Source: an uncultured bacterium (lineage in GTDB: Bacteria > Desulfobacterota > GWC2-55-46 > DRQE01). From it: a stretch of 36,539 nucleotides of DNA. Below the pieces are notes generated by a model. The model was not told the DNA's origin, did not search any database, and saw nothing but the letters and a program-made list of their open reading frames with translations. The position numbers and the translations under genes are program-made. Below are positions 26,131-35,630 of the stretch, in pieces. The stretch covers positions 1 through 36,539 of the forward strand of contig CBDUXU010000003.1 of NCBI GenBank assembly GCA_965371285.1. The letters are read 5' to 3'. Numbering within the stretch: the stretch's first letter is position 1; every line of letters begins with the position of its first letter.

Positions 26131-27021
26131 TCAACAAACCTGCTCTTTTATACCAGACTCAAGACTTACAGACGGCTTCCAGCCCGGTAGCCTCATTGTG
26201 CCATCCCATGGTTGCATTACTTCTCTCTCACGGTAGCTCCGTTTTCCCCAAGCTATGTTCAACTTGCTACCTGTAATTTTTTCAAAAAGGACAACAAGGT
26301 CTTTAAGGCTTATAAGCTTATCTGCACCAACAGAATATGATTCCATCATTCCGCCATTGATATCCTCTATTCTTTCTAACGCAATACAAAAAGCATCAAC
26401 CACATCATTGATATGAACAAGATTTAAGATCTGCTCACCTGGAGACATGGCGAGAGTTTCTCCACTCTCAGCAAACTTTTTTAAAAGATATAAAAGTTTT
26501 AAGCGCGTGTCATTCGGTCCATATGTATCAAAAAGCTTAAGCGTAACTACTTTGAGCATTCTTGCCTCGACATAATACTTGAGAATGGATTCAAAAGCCT
26601 GTTTAGTAGCTGCGTAAAGATTAGCAGGGTTATACTCATCACCATCGTAATGCTGCCATGCCGTACCGGTATTAATGAGGCAATTCACCTTGTTATGTAC
26701 CATGGCCTCAACAAGATGCGTCCCGTAAAGTATGTTGCTCTCTACAAGTGGTGCTACTTCTTCACTTCTATGTTCTGAGATATAAAGGGATGCGAGATGT
26801 AGAACTGCCCCGGGGCTGCTTTTCGCCATAATGTCCATCATACTCTCTATTGTACCATCGTACTTGTGAACTATTAGACTATCAAGAATGTCATGGATGA
26901 CCGAGAGATCAGACGACACCCGAACTATTACATGCACATCGCATCGCTCTTGTAGAAGGCGACGGCAGAGGTTAGAACCGACAAACCCAGTAGCTCCTGT
27001 TACAAGCACTTTTTTAGTCAT
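26131..27021 (-). CDS. NAD(P)-dependent CDP-4-keto-3,6-dideoxyhexose reductase (Abe/Prt/AscF-like SDR)
   Basis: VTGATGFVG, HLAS, NLYAATK (YxxxK), TYGPND, LSYR-like RSYRERE tail. Start moved to ATG 27021 (SD AGGTGG). Confidence 0.8.
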   Translation of the reverse strand: MTKKVLVTGATGFVGSNLCRRLLQERCDVHVIVRVSSDLSVIHDILDSLIVHKYDGTIESMMDIMAKSSPGAVLHLASLYISEHRSEEVAPLVESNILYGTHLVEAMVHNKVNCLINTGTAWQHYDGDEYNPANLYAATKQAFESILKYYVEARMLKVVTLKLFDTYGPNDTRLKLLYLLKKFAESGETLAMSPGEQILNLVHINDVVDAFCIALERIEDINGGMMESYSVGADKLISLKDLVVLFEKITGSKLNIAWGKRSYREREVMQPWDGTMRLPGWKPSVSLESGIKEQVC

Positions 27022-27586
27022 CAACGCACCCACCTTTTTTATAAACAAAAGGGCTTTTAAAATCCGAAAAAGAAGTAAATGAATTATCACGTTTCGATAC
27101 AACGGGCTTTGCTATAGACCATGGAATTCCTAAGGAATTCCACAAAACCCCGACATCATGCTCGGGAGAATAAACTGTAGTTACTTTATACAGCATTATC
27201 GCTTTTTCACTTACAGTCAAAAATCCGTGTGCCAAACCTTGAGGAACGTAAATCATATTTGCACTTTCAGAGTTTAACTCAAAAACCTGAAATTTACCGT
27301 ATGTTGGGGAGCCCACCCTTAAATCAACTACGACGTCCATAACCTGACCATATACACAATAAACCAATTTTGTATGTTCTTGAGGGGGAACTTGAAAATG
27401 CAAACCTCTCAACACCCCTCTATGAGATAGGGAGTAATATTCCTCTGCAAAGGAGGTTTCCAGATTATTATCATTAAAAACATCAAGATGAAAGGTCTTA
27501 ACAAAAAATCCTCTCTCATCATTAATTTTTTTTGGTAGTAATTCATAGCAACCAGAAATTTTAGTTTTACGAATTGATAAGTCCAT
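27014..27586 (-). CDS. RmlC/AscE-like NDP-sugar epimerase (cupin)
   Basis: DERGFF, GVLRGLHFQ, KLVYC, DLRVGSPTYG, GLAHGF, YKV; sits directly after rfbH with no rmlABD in view. Confidence 0.88.
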   Translation of the reverse strand: MDLSIRKTKISGCYELLPKKINDERGFFVKTFHLDVFNDNNLETSFAEEYYSLSHRGVLRGLHFQVPPQEHTKLVYCVYGQVMDVVVDLRVGSPTYGKFQVFELNSESANMIYVPQGLAHGFLTVSEKAIMLYKVTTVYSPEHDVGVLWNSLGIPWSIAKPVVSKRDNSFTSFSDFKSPFVYKKGGCVDD

Positions 27587-27589
27587 TTA

Positions 27590-28939
27590 TCACCCTTTAA
27601 CAAAAGTCCTTATGGTATTCAAAATCCATAATATCCGTTCCCCTTCCAGATCCGGATACACGCCCAACCAGAAAGATCTATTCATTATCAAATCAGTATT
27701 TTCCAAACCTCCCACCACCCTATATCCTTTGCCAGAACTTCGCATTTCATCAAAGCAAGGATGTTTTAATAAATTTCCTGCAAAAAGCATCCTTGTCTGT
27801 ATACCATTTTCTTCAAGGTAGTTCACTATATCGGCTCTGGTAAACCCAGCATCTTCTCTCAGGGTAAGCAGAAACCCGAACCAGCTTGGTTCTGAGTCCT
27901 CTGTCGCCTCTGGCAGAATGAACAGGTTTGATAGGTCTTCGAGCCCCTCCCTGAGAAACTTCCAATTGCGTCTTCTCGCCTCTATGAAAGAGGGCAGTTT
28001 TTCAAGTTGTGCACATCCCACAGCCGCCTGCATGTCCGTAGACTTAAGATTATAACCGAAATGCGAATAAACATACTTATGGTCATAACCATGAGGCAAC
28101 TCACCAAAACTCCAATCGAACCTTTTACCGCAGGTGTTATCCTTCCCTGATGGACACCAACAATCTCTTCCCCAATCGCGCAATGACTCAATTATTCTTT
28201 TTAACTGTCCATTATTGGTATACAAAGCCCCTCCTTCTCCCATTGTCATGTGGTGAGGGGGATAAAAACTCGATGTTCCTATATCACCTATAGTGCCAGT
28301 ATACTTCCAACTTCCGTCCATGGAATAACGAGAACCAAGAGCATCGCAGTTGTCTTCTATGAGCCACAAATTATTTTCATCACAAAATTCTTTTACAAAT
28401 TTCAAGTCAAATGGATTACCCATAGTATGTGCAACCATAACCGCCTTTGTTCTATTGCTTAAAGCATCACTAAGCCTTGAGCAATCTATATTATAAGAGG
28501 GCAATGCAACATCCACAAATACTGGAACTGCACCGTATCCAATAATAGGAGCAACAGTTGTAGGAAAACCTGCGGCAACAGTTATTACCTCATCGCCTTT
28601 CATTATCCTTTTATCTCCCAACAGTGGAGATGTTAATGACATAAAAGCAAGCAAGTTTGCTGAAGAACCAGAATTAACAAGAGACACATGTTTTATACCC
28701 AAGAACTTGGCAAACTCTTTTTCGAACTTGTCAGAAAACCTTCCTCCCGTGAGCCAAAAGTCAAGTGAGGAATCAACGAGGTAGATGAGTTCTTTCTCAT
28801 CAAAAACCCTGCCTGCATAACTAATAGGGTCTCCAGGGTTAAAGCCGTCCTTAGACTTGCTATGCTTAAAGTCGTAGTATTTTTTTACAGCACTCATGAC
28901 TTCTTCTCTGAGTTCTGTGTCTTTTTTTTTCTGAACCAC
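27590..28939 (-). CDS. rfbH: CDP-4-keto-6-deoxyglucose 3-dehydrase (E1, DdhC/RfbH)
   Basis: NSGSSANL, EDNCDALG, His in place of the Schiff-base Lys (FYPPHHMTMGEGG), Fe-S ligands DCWCPSGKDNTC, GYDHKY. Confidence 0.93.
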   Translation of the reverse strand: MVQKKKDTELREEVMSAVKKYYDFKHSKSKDGFNPGDPISYAGRVFDEKELIYLVDSSLDFWLTGGRFSDKFEKEFAKFLGIKHVSLVNSGSSANLLAFMSLTSPLLGDKRIMKGDEVITVAAGFPTTVAPIIGYGAVPVFVDVALPSYNIDCSRLSDALSNRTKAVMVAHTMGNPFDLKFVKEFCDENNLWLIEDNCDALGSRYSMDGSWKYTGTIGDIGTSSFYPPHHMTMGEGGALYTNNGQLKRIIESLRDWGRDCWCPSGKDNTCGKRFDWSFGELPHGYDHKYVYSHFGYNLKSTDMQAAVGCAQLEKLPSFIEARRRNWKFLREGLEDLSNLFILPEATEDSEPSWFGFLLTLREDAGFTRADIVNYLEENGIQTRMLFAGNLLKHPCFDEMRSSGKGYRVVGGLENTDLIMNRSFWLGVYPDLEGERILWILNTIRTFVKG

Positions 28940-28951
28940 TCAACAACCCCT

Positions 28952-30028
28952 CTATATTTCTTTTTTCATATACTCATTTATCTGCTTAAGGCTAAAATTC
29001 CTCATATTGGAGCCGTTTTTATATGCCTTTACCCAATCAACTGTTAAGTCTATTGCTTCGCCTATATTTAATCTCTGACTCCAATTAAGTTCTGACCTTG
29101 CCATGGTACAATCGAGCTTAAGATATGTCGCCTCGTGAGGGTGCTCTCCCTTGTCAATCTTATAAGAAGCGCCGCCGCCCCAACTTGAACAAAACCTATC
29201 TACAACATACTCCACATCTCTTGCATCACTGTCATTGGGACCAAAGTTCCACCCCTTCGCAAATAACGGACCACTCTCATAAAGAGCTTGTGCTAGTTTC
29301 ATGTAGCCATCTAATGGCTCCAGTACATGCTGCCATGGTCTTATGGCGCAAGGATTACGAATAAGAAGTTCTTTGCATTCCAGTACAGATCTTACGAAAT
29401 CTGCAACAAGTCTATCGATTGCCCAATCTCCACCTCCTATAACATTACCTGCCCTTGCAGAGGCGAGGGCAACCTTATGTTCACTGTAATTCTCAATATT
29501 AAAAAACGAATTCCTAAAAGCATCAGTTACAAGCTCACTGCAAGCCTTTGAATTTGAATATGGGTCGTAACCTCCAAGCCTATCAGTTTCCTTATACCCT
29601 TGATCCCACTCTTTATTCTCATAACACTTATCTGTAGTAACATTTACAATTGCCCTAACTGACTTGGATTCCCTTAAAGCTTCAAAAAAATTTACTGTTC
29701 CCATTACATTTATTGCATATGTCTCTACAGGATTTTCAAAAGATTCCCTAACAAGAGCTTGTGCGGCCATATGGATAGCTATATCAGGAGAAAAATTATT
29801 AATGACTTTTTTTAATGCATCAATATCCCTTACATCGCTAATAGTACTCTCAATAAGATCACCTACCTTGCAAACCTCAAACATGCTAGGCTCCGTAGGA
29901 GGCTCAAGAGCATAGCCAAAAACCTCAGCCCCCAATGAACTTAACCATAGTGACAGCCAAGAACCCTTAAAACCGGTATGGCCAGTTAAAAAAACCTTTT
30001 TACCATTCCAAAATTCTTTAGTTTCCAT
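28952..30028 (-). CDS. rfbG: CDP-glucose 4,6-dehydratase
   Basis: TGHTGFKGSWL, TTDKCYEN, DPYSNSK, RAGNVIGGGDW, RPWQHVLEP. Confidence 0.96.
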   Translation of the reverse strand: METKEFWNGKKVFLTGHTGFKGSWLSLWLSSLGAEVFGYALEPPTEPSMFEVCKVGDLIESTISDVRDIDALKKVINNFSPDIAIHMAAQALVRESFENPVETYAINVMGTVNFFEALRESKSVRAIVNVTTDKCYENKEWDQGYKETDRLGGYDPYSNSKACSELVTDAFRNSFFNIENYSEHKVALASARAGNVIGGGDWAIDRLVADFVRSVLECKELLIRNPCAIRPWQHVLEPLDGYMKLAQALYESGPLFAKGWNFGPNDSDARDVEYVVDRFCSSWGGGASYKIDKGEHPHEATYLKLDCTMARSELNWSQRLNIGEAIDLTVDWVKAYKNGSNMRNFSLKQINEYMKKEI

Positions 30029-30065
30029 AACAGTATCTCTTAAAATATTTATTCAAACTATTTTA

Positions 30066-30836
30066 CTATTCCCAAATTTTCCATGGAGCGCCATTTTTCC
30101 ATAACTGTTCAAGCCTATTCTTGTCTGCCATAGTATCCATCGGTTGCCAAAAACCATCGTGCTTGAAGGCAGTCAATTCTCCGTCCTTTGCAAGACCTTC
30201 CAATGGCTCTTTTTCCCACATTGTTTCGTCTCCATCTATATAATCAAAAATCTTTGGATTCAGAACAAAAAACCCTCCGTTTATCCAACCCCCATCACCT
30301 TTAGGTTTTTCATGGAATGAAGAAATATTCCCATCACTATCCATATCCATTGCACCAAAACGCCCTGATGGCTGAACTGCTGTAACGGTAGCTAGTTTGC
30401 CATTTTTTTCATGAAACTCTGTAAGCATCTTTATATCAACATTGCTAACACCATCTCCGTAAGTTAACATAAAGGTTTCGTCTCCGACAAAATCTTTAAC
30501 CCTCTTTATCCTGCCACCTGTCATTGTACCAAGCCCCGTGTCTACAAGAGTTACACTCCACGGCTCAGCACTTGTATTATGCACTTTAAGATTGTTATCT
30601 TTAAGACTTATGGTGATATTTGACTGGTGAAGAAAATAATTTGCAAAGTACTCCTTTATTATATAACCCTTGTATCCTAGGCACACAATAAAATCATTAA
30701 AACCGTAATGCGAATAAATCTTCATAATATGCCAGAGAATTGGCTTCCCGGCCACCTCAACCATAGGCTTGGGCTTAATATCAGTCTCTTCTGTTATTCT
30801 TGTACCTAACCCTCCTGCCAAAATTACAACTTTCAT
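30066..30836 (-). CDS. rfbF: Glucose-1-phosphate cytidylyltransferase
   Basis: ILAGGLGTRITEET, KPMVE, TMTGGR, TYGDG, WINGGFFV, GFWQPMDT. Confidence 0.96.
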   Translation of the reverse strand: MKVVILAGGLGTRITEETDIKPKPMVEVAGKPILWHIMKIYSHYGFNDFIVCLGYKGYIIKEYFANYFLHQSNITISLKDNNLKVHNTSAEPWSVTLVDTGLGTMTGGRIKRVKDFVGDETFMLTYGDGVSNVDIKMLTEFHEKNGKLATVTAVQPSGRFGAMDMDSDGNISSFHEKPKGDGGWINGGFFVLNPKIFDYIDGDETMWEKEPLEGLAKDGELTAFKHDGFWQPMDTMADKNRLEQLWKNGAPWKIWE

Positions 30837-30849
30837 AACATAACCTCAC

Positions 30850-32130
30850 TTAGTTTTTTAATTCAGTTATATCAAACACATACATTTGTCTTTTTCCATT
30901 ATCATGTGCCGAATCAATAATAACCAGATTCTCTGTATGGTCAAACCGCGGGTGAAGATCGCACCTATGACCACAACTATTATATGGAGAATAAAACCTA
31001 CCTAATTTACGAACCTCATTTTTCTTACTGTCAAACAAAAACAGGTGCCTGAAACTTTCATTGTCTGCATATGTATCTGTAAGCATATACCTGCCGTCTC
31101 TGGTCCAGGTATTATGGCCATCCTCATTTAACAACCCCTTACCTACAACATCTACTATTTCACTCTTGTCCTGCATATTTAAAAATCCGCATTCAGGTAA
31201 AACCACTTTATCTATATTTTTAAAAAAGAACTTCTTTATTAAGTTATAGACAGGAATTACAATGCTCCTTAATATACCAGTTGAGCCGACTAGGTTAACA
31301 GCTTTTGAAGAAACACTCTGCTTCACCGCCCATATAGTAAAGACCTCATCATTTAGCCAACCCATGTGAGAATAAAAGCCTGTATCGGGAAACATGTAAA
31401 GATTCGTACCGTCAGCATTGGCAGTATACAACCTTGTCACATGTTCACCTTGACCAACAGCCCAACGATGCAAAAAAGCAAATCTTGTTCCCGATGGATT
31501 CCATATATATATTTCAAGAAAATTATCTCCAGACTCCATACCCTTCCTAGAATCTTTGCCCACCATATCTTTTAAAGAAATCAACAACCCAACTTCCTTT
31601 GTTACAAGGTCTATTTTGAAAATTCCATCTTCTTCATGTATAGGGACGTTCCATTTGTCATTAACAACACCAAAGTACCTGTAGCCGGGACGACAGAAAT
31701 AAAGACGCTCATTATTTGAACCAAGAGCGAACTTGCCACTAGGATGCACCGCATAGATAGTATGGGAAAACACTTCTTCTTTAGAGTTTTCTATATTATA
31801 AATAACAGATACAAACTTTCCATCCCTAATATCATTATAAATAAACTTTGATTCGTAGTCTGGAGCCAGCCACTGAAGCATCGCCCCTTGTTGAAGATTA
31901 AAAGCTTCTGTTTCTGCAATCTTTGTAAAACTTTTAGACTCAAAATCCCAGTACCCTATACTTGCCTTATCTCCTTCTCTATTCTCACGGCCCTTGAAGT
32001 CAATTTGATGGGAGAGCATTTTTGTACCGGACTTATTTATTGGGCTTAAACCGTAATAACCAAAAAAATTCTGACTTGCTCCTTTTGTAGAAAAAACTTC
32101 TTTAACTTTATCGTTTAACTCAAACTCCAT
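30850..32130 (-). CDS. Uncharacterised beta-propeller protein (oligogalacturonate-lyase/TolB-like repeats)
   Basis: FFGYY, repeated HPSG/NPSG/TRDG blade motifs, SHMGW, DGHNTW, RCDLHPRF; no signal peptide. Confidence 0.65.
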   Translation of the reverse strand: MEFELNDKVKEVFSTKGASQNFFGYYGLSPINKSGTKMLSHQIDFKGRENREGDKASIGYWDFESKSFTKIAETEAFNLQQGAMLQWLAPDYESKFIYNDIRDGKFVSVIYNIENSKEEVFSHTIYAVHPSGKFALGSNNERLYFCRPGYRYFGVVNDKWNVPIHEEDGIFKIDLVTKEVGLLISLKDMVGKDSRKGMESGDNFLEIYIWNPSGTRFAFLHRWAVGQGEHVTRLYTANADGTNLYMFPDTGFYSHMGWLNDEVFTIWAVKQSVSSKAVNLVGSTGILRSIVIPVYNLIKKFFFKNIDKVVLPECGFLNMQDKSEIVDVVGKGLLNEDGHNTWTRDGRYMLTDTYADNESFRHLFLFDSKKNEVRKLGRFYSPYNSCGHRCDLHPRFDHTENLVIIDSAHDNGKRQMYVFDITELKN

Positions 32131-32918
32131 CAGTCAACGACCTTTCTAAAAACCGCGAAAACATGAACACCATTATTTTTATTCGCATCGAAACACCTGT
32201 GTCCCATATTAAATAAAAAATCCAAAAGTCCTCTGTGACGCATTATAAAAAATCGGTTTGCAAGAAAACCATTAATCAATTTATAAAGAAAATTTCTCTT
32301 AAACAGATATTTATATGAAACCAGCTCTACACCTTCACCTACATGTTCTTTTAAAAGTTCAAGAGTATAATGCCTATGGTGAGTAGGGTTAAGCTCAACA
32401 TTTACGGAAGGCACTGTTATTACAATATGTCCTCCTTTTTTTGTCCTCTTTTTTATATTAGTCATAAACTCTGTCATGCCTTCGTCTCCAATATGTTCCA
32501 TGACCTCAATGAGAGTTACTATATCGTACTCTGTATTCAATTCTGCAACATCTTTAACCACAAAATTAACCTTTGGGGACCTTTTAAAAGCATTAGCATG
32601 GACAATGGCCTTCTCGGATAAGTCAACCCCTGTCATTGATTCATAATTTTCAACCTCTTGTCCATAATAGTTCAAAATAAAACCGTCGCCACATCCTACA
32701 TCCAGTAGAGTAGAAAATCCTAACTCTTTAATGGTATTTAGCACATGCTCTACGTAACAATAGTATTCAAGACCCCAGCTCATCTCTTTATGTATGGTAA
32801 AAGGTTTAAAATTTACATAATAATGATATGGCTCAACATATGAACTATCCAACTTCAAAAATTTATCGTCTTTATATTTATTATCTTCCTTCAAAAAAAC
32901 CTCCGTTTTTTTAATCAC
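32130..32918 (-). CDS. Class I SAM-dependent methyltransferase
   Basis: LLDVGCGDG, GVDLS, EVMEHI, ITVP; GTG start. Confidence 0.88.
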   Translation of the reverse strand: MIKKTEVFLKEDNKYKDDKFLKLDSSYVEPYHYYVNFKPFTIHKEMSWGLEYYCYVEHVLNTIKELGFSTLLDVGCGDGFILNYYGQEVENYESMTGVDLSEKAIVHANAFKRSPKVNFVVKDVAELNTEYDIVTLIEVMEHIGDEGMTEFMTNIKKRTKKGGHIVITVPSVNVELNPTHHRHYTLELLKEHVGEGVELVSYKYLFKRNFLYKLINGFLANRFFIMRHRGLLDFLFNMGHRCFDANKNNGVHVFAVFRKVVD

Positions 32919-32919
32919 T

Positions 32920-34071
32920 TTACTCAGCTACAAGATCTTTTAAATGTTCATATAAGTCTTCGTTAATATGTTTAATTACAAATCTATTTAAAACCATTTC
33001 TCTGCCACGAAGGGCAAAATCTTTGCGTAACTCATCATTTGTAGCCATCAACATAAGGTGCTCTTTAAGTTTCTTATCATCGCCCTCAGGAAAAATGAGT
33101 CCACAATCCTGAACCTGCCATGGAATAGCACCACAATCAGAAGCAACTACAGCAACACCACAAGCCATAGCCTGTACAGGCACAGAAGGGAAACTGTCTT
33201 TAGAGTGGGGATAAGTTTTAGAACCTATAAAAAAACAATCCATAGCTCTCATATACCTGGGTACATCCTCTAAAGTTACTGTACCTACTAATTTTATTCT
33301 TTTTTGCCAACCATGTTTTTCAGCAAACTCTTCAATCTCTTCCCTCATAGGGCCATTACCAACCAAAAGAAGTGCCCAATCAACACCATCGAAGGGTAGG
33401 GTTTTTAAAAGGTCATCCAGGCCTTTTTCTTCTGTAAGCCTGCCGGCATAACCTATAACAAATTTATCCCCAAAGCCAAGTTCATCCCTAACCTTATCAC
33501 GCATATTGTCATCGGGTTTAAAAATCTCTTCATCAACACCTATTTGTGTTTGATAATAAATAGGTTTTTTAAAACCTGCCTCTCTAAAACATTTTTCTAT
33601 CCCAGGGTAATGGACAAAAACGAATTCCACACCTTTTTCTAACCATTTCCACCTAAGCCTCTGATGCCACTTTTTTAATGGAACACCTAAGGCATTCATC
33701 GAAAAAAATATTATCTTTGCACTAGGGCACCAAAGCCACCTATATAAAAAGATTTGAAAATGTATTAGAGTAGTCTCTTCGTGAACCACATATATAACAT
33801 CCGGTTTTAAGGACCTCAATTTTGCATCTATTGACGTAAAAAAGTACCTGCTCCAATTTCTTTTATTAGTGACAGCCATTGGTATTAACTTAAAGTTCCC
33901 CTCGTTAATAGGCTCTGTCTTATATACCTGTTCATCTCTAAACCAGCTAGTATGCCACTCCTTCGGAACCAAAAGAGTCACATCTATAGGGTAATTCTCC
34001 GCCAGTCGAACCCACCTCTTACGGGCGGCTTCTTGAACTAATGCATGGCTAATAACTACGAGTTTTATCAA
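32920..34071 (-). CDS. Glycosyltransferase family 4
   Basis: GYAGRLTEEKG, VGNGP, AMACGVAVVASDCG; the usual ExF...E motif reads DSF...Q; TTG start. Confidence 0.88.
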   Translation of the reverse strand: MIKLVVISHALVQEAARKRWVRLAENYPIDVTLLVPKEWHTSWFRDEQVYKTEPINEGNFKLIPMAVTNKRNWSRYFFTSIDAKLRSLKPDVIYVVHEETTLIHFQIFLYRWLWCPSAKIIFFSMNALGVPLKKWHQRLRWKWLEKGVEFVFVHYPGIEKCFREAGFKKPIYYQTQIGVDEEIFKPDDNMRDKVRDELGFGDKFVIGYAGRLTEEKGLDDLLKTLPFDGVDWALLLVGNGPMREEIEEFAEKHGWQKRIKLVGTVTLEDVPRYMRAMDCFFIGSKTYPHSKDSFPSVPVQAMACGVAVVASDCGAIPWQVQDCGLIFPEGDDKKLKEHLMLMATNDELRKDFALRGREMVLNRFVIKHINEDLYEHLKDLVAE

Positions 34072-34089
34072 CGAAATCCTTTCTTGAAA

Positions 34090-35448
34090 CTAAACCTTAT
34101 TGTAATTACTTTTGTCAAACCATCCAACCAATGTCATAGCTTTAAGCTGCATTATAAAAATTGGCATAGACCGTTTGAATAAAACATTTATACCTATGTA
34201 AGTAAAAAAATATGTTATTAAAGTTGCCCAAGCAGCACCAATTACGCCTAACTTATCAATCAAAATCAAATTCAAAAGAATATTAAGTATGGCCCCAAAA
34301 AAATTAGACCAAAAGTCCAGGAGGGGAAAGCTTTCTGCCACAATCCATACTCCTCTTGCTTGACCCAAAAAAACAAAAATGCCGGAAAAAATATGGATAG
34401 ATAGAACAACTGATGCGGTGGCAAATTCAATACCATAAATAACGTTTATTATATAGGGTGCTAACAACACCACTGCCAGCACAACAAACCAAGCTAAAAG
34501 TGCCAACACGTTAAAAAGTTGCTGTAACCTGACATAATAGAGCCTCTTGTTACCCTCCCTGTCTTTCACTAATGTAGAAAAAGAAGATTGCATAATGATT
34601 ATAGGTAAAAAATAAAATATTATAGAAATATTGACTGCCGCACTATATATACCCACTTCACTATCGCTCATCATATTACTGAGCATAATTTTATCAATCT
34701 CCATATGAACTATGGCAGAAATCCCGGCAAAAATAAGAGGCCAGCCTTCTTTTATGATGTCTTTAAACCTTGAAAAAGAAACCTTAAGACTATCTATACC
34801 TGGCCCATACAAAATGTAAATAATAACAAGTCCCGTACCAGCTATAACATTATCAGCCAATACCGCACCGGCAAAATAAACAAGAGATCCGCCTGTTAAA
34901 ACTAAAATAATTTTAAATATAGATGAAGCAATAAAAGCGCTGCACATAACAATTACTGAGTATTTAGATTTTAACTCCGCACGAAACCACAACTCAGTTA
35001 CATCTAATGCTTTAAAAACCATGCCAAAAGTGATTAAAAAAACCATTATACTAATCTCTCTATCACCAGGCCTTAAATATTGTATCAAAATCGTAGTAGC
35101 AAAACAGGCTAATATAGCACCTACTAACCTGAAAAAAATCACCGTCCCGACAAGCTCTCCAACACCTTGTGGCATCTTTACTATGTCACGCACTATTAAT
35201 CCATCCAAACCAAACCTGAAGAATGGTACCAGCAGTGCAACGAGAGCTACAGCATAATTGAGTTTTCCAAAACCTTCTGGTCCAAGGTAACGAGCCATAA
35301 ATATTACAACAAAAAAACCTAAAAACATTCGCACCACTTGGTCCGTAAAAAGCCAGCTCGTGTTGCCAATAATCTTTTGGAAAACATGGCGCCCATCCAA
35401 ATAGTCTCGCAAAAACCCTGGCAAATATTTTAACCATGATTGATTCAT
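34090..35448 (-). CDS. wzx: Polysaccharide flippase Wzx
   Basis: Multi-TM protein, ARYLGPEGFG, IDKIML...VGIYSAA, LNLILI...GVIGAAWAT. Confidence 0.93.
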   Translation of the reverse strand: MNQSWLKYLPGFLRDYLDGRHVFQKIIGNTSWLFTDQVVRMFLGFFVVIFMARYLGPEGFGKLNYAVALVALLVPFFRFGLDGLIVRDIVKMPQGVGELVGTVIFFRLVGAILACFATTILIQYLRPGDREISIMVFLITFGMVFKALDVTELWFRAELKSKYSVIVMCSAFIASSIFKIILVLTGGSLVYFAGAVLADNVIAGTGLVIIYILYGPGIDSLKVSFSRFKDIIKEGWPLIFAGISAIVHMEIDKIMLSNMMSDSEVGIYSAAVNISIIFYFLPIIIMQSSFSTLVKDREGNKRLYYVRLQQLFNVLALLAWFVVLAVVLLAPYIINVIYGIEFATASVVLSIHIFSGIFVFLGQARGVWIVAESFPLLDFWSNFFGAILNILLNLILIDKLGVIGAAWATLITYFFTYIGINVLFKRSMPIFIMQLKAMTLVGWFDKSNYNKV

Positions 35449-35463
35449 AAAATAATTTACATC

Positions 35464-35628
35464 CTAGTGGAATATAAGGCCAAAATTTGCTCCATCTACC
35501 CACTCTTGAACATCAGACTTGTTTCTAATATCTCCGATAAAACAAGAAACGCTATGGTTAGTTTCACTTAATTCTCGCAATAATAAGGCGCCTATTACTC
35601 CTGTTGAACCAGTTATTCCAATATTCAT
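35464..35628 (-). pseudogene. N-terminal fragment of an NAD-dependent epimerase/dehydratase
   Basis: MNIGITGSTGVIG Rossmann motif, GDIR, ends at LIFH where an SDR would continue HLAA; only 54 aa from ATG 35628. Confidence 0.8.
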
Positions 35629-35630
35629 AT

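Noticed and set aside
27022-27102. Hydrophobic N-terminal extension on the SDR reductase
   Set aside because: It overlaps the epimerase gene; ATG 27021 has an SD and directly precedes the Rossmann motif.
26131-30836. Novel CDP-linked route to colitose feeding GT11
   Set aside because: Colitose needs the manno configuration at C2. The CDP-glucose route keeps the gluco configuration, and no 2-epimerase is visible.
35449-35466. Programmed amber read-through giving an SDR-Wzx fusion
   Set aside because: Being in frame has a 1-in-3 chance, the domain is incomplete, wzx has a normal N-terminus, and TAG is an ordinary stop elsewhere in the window.
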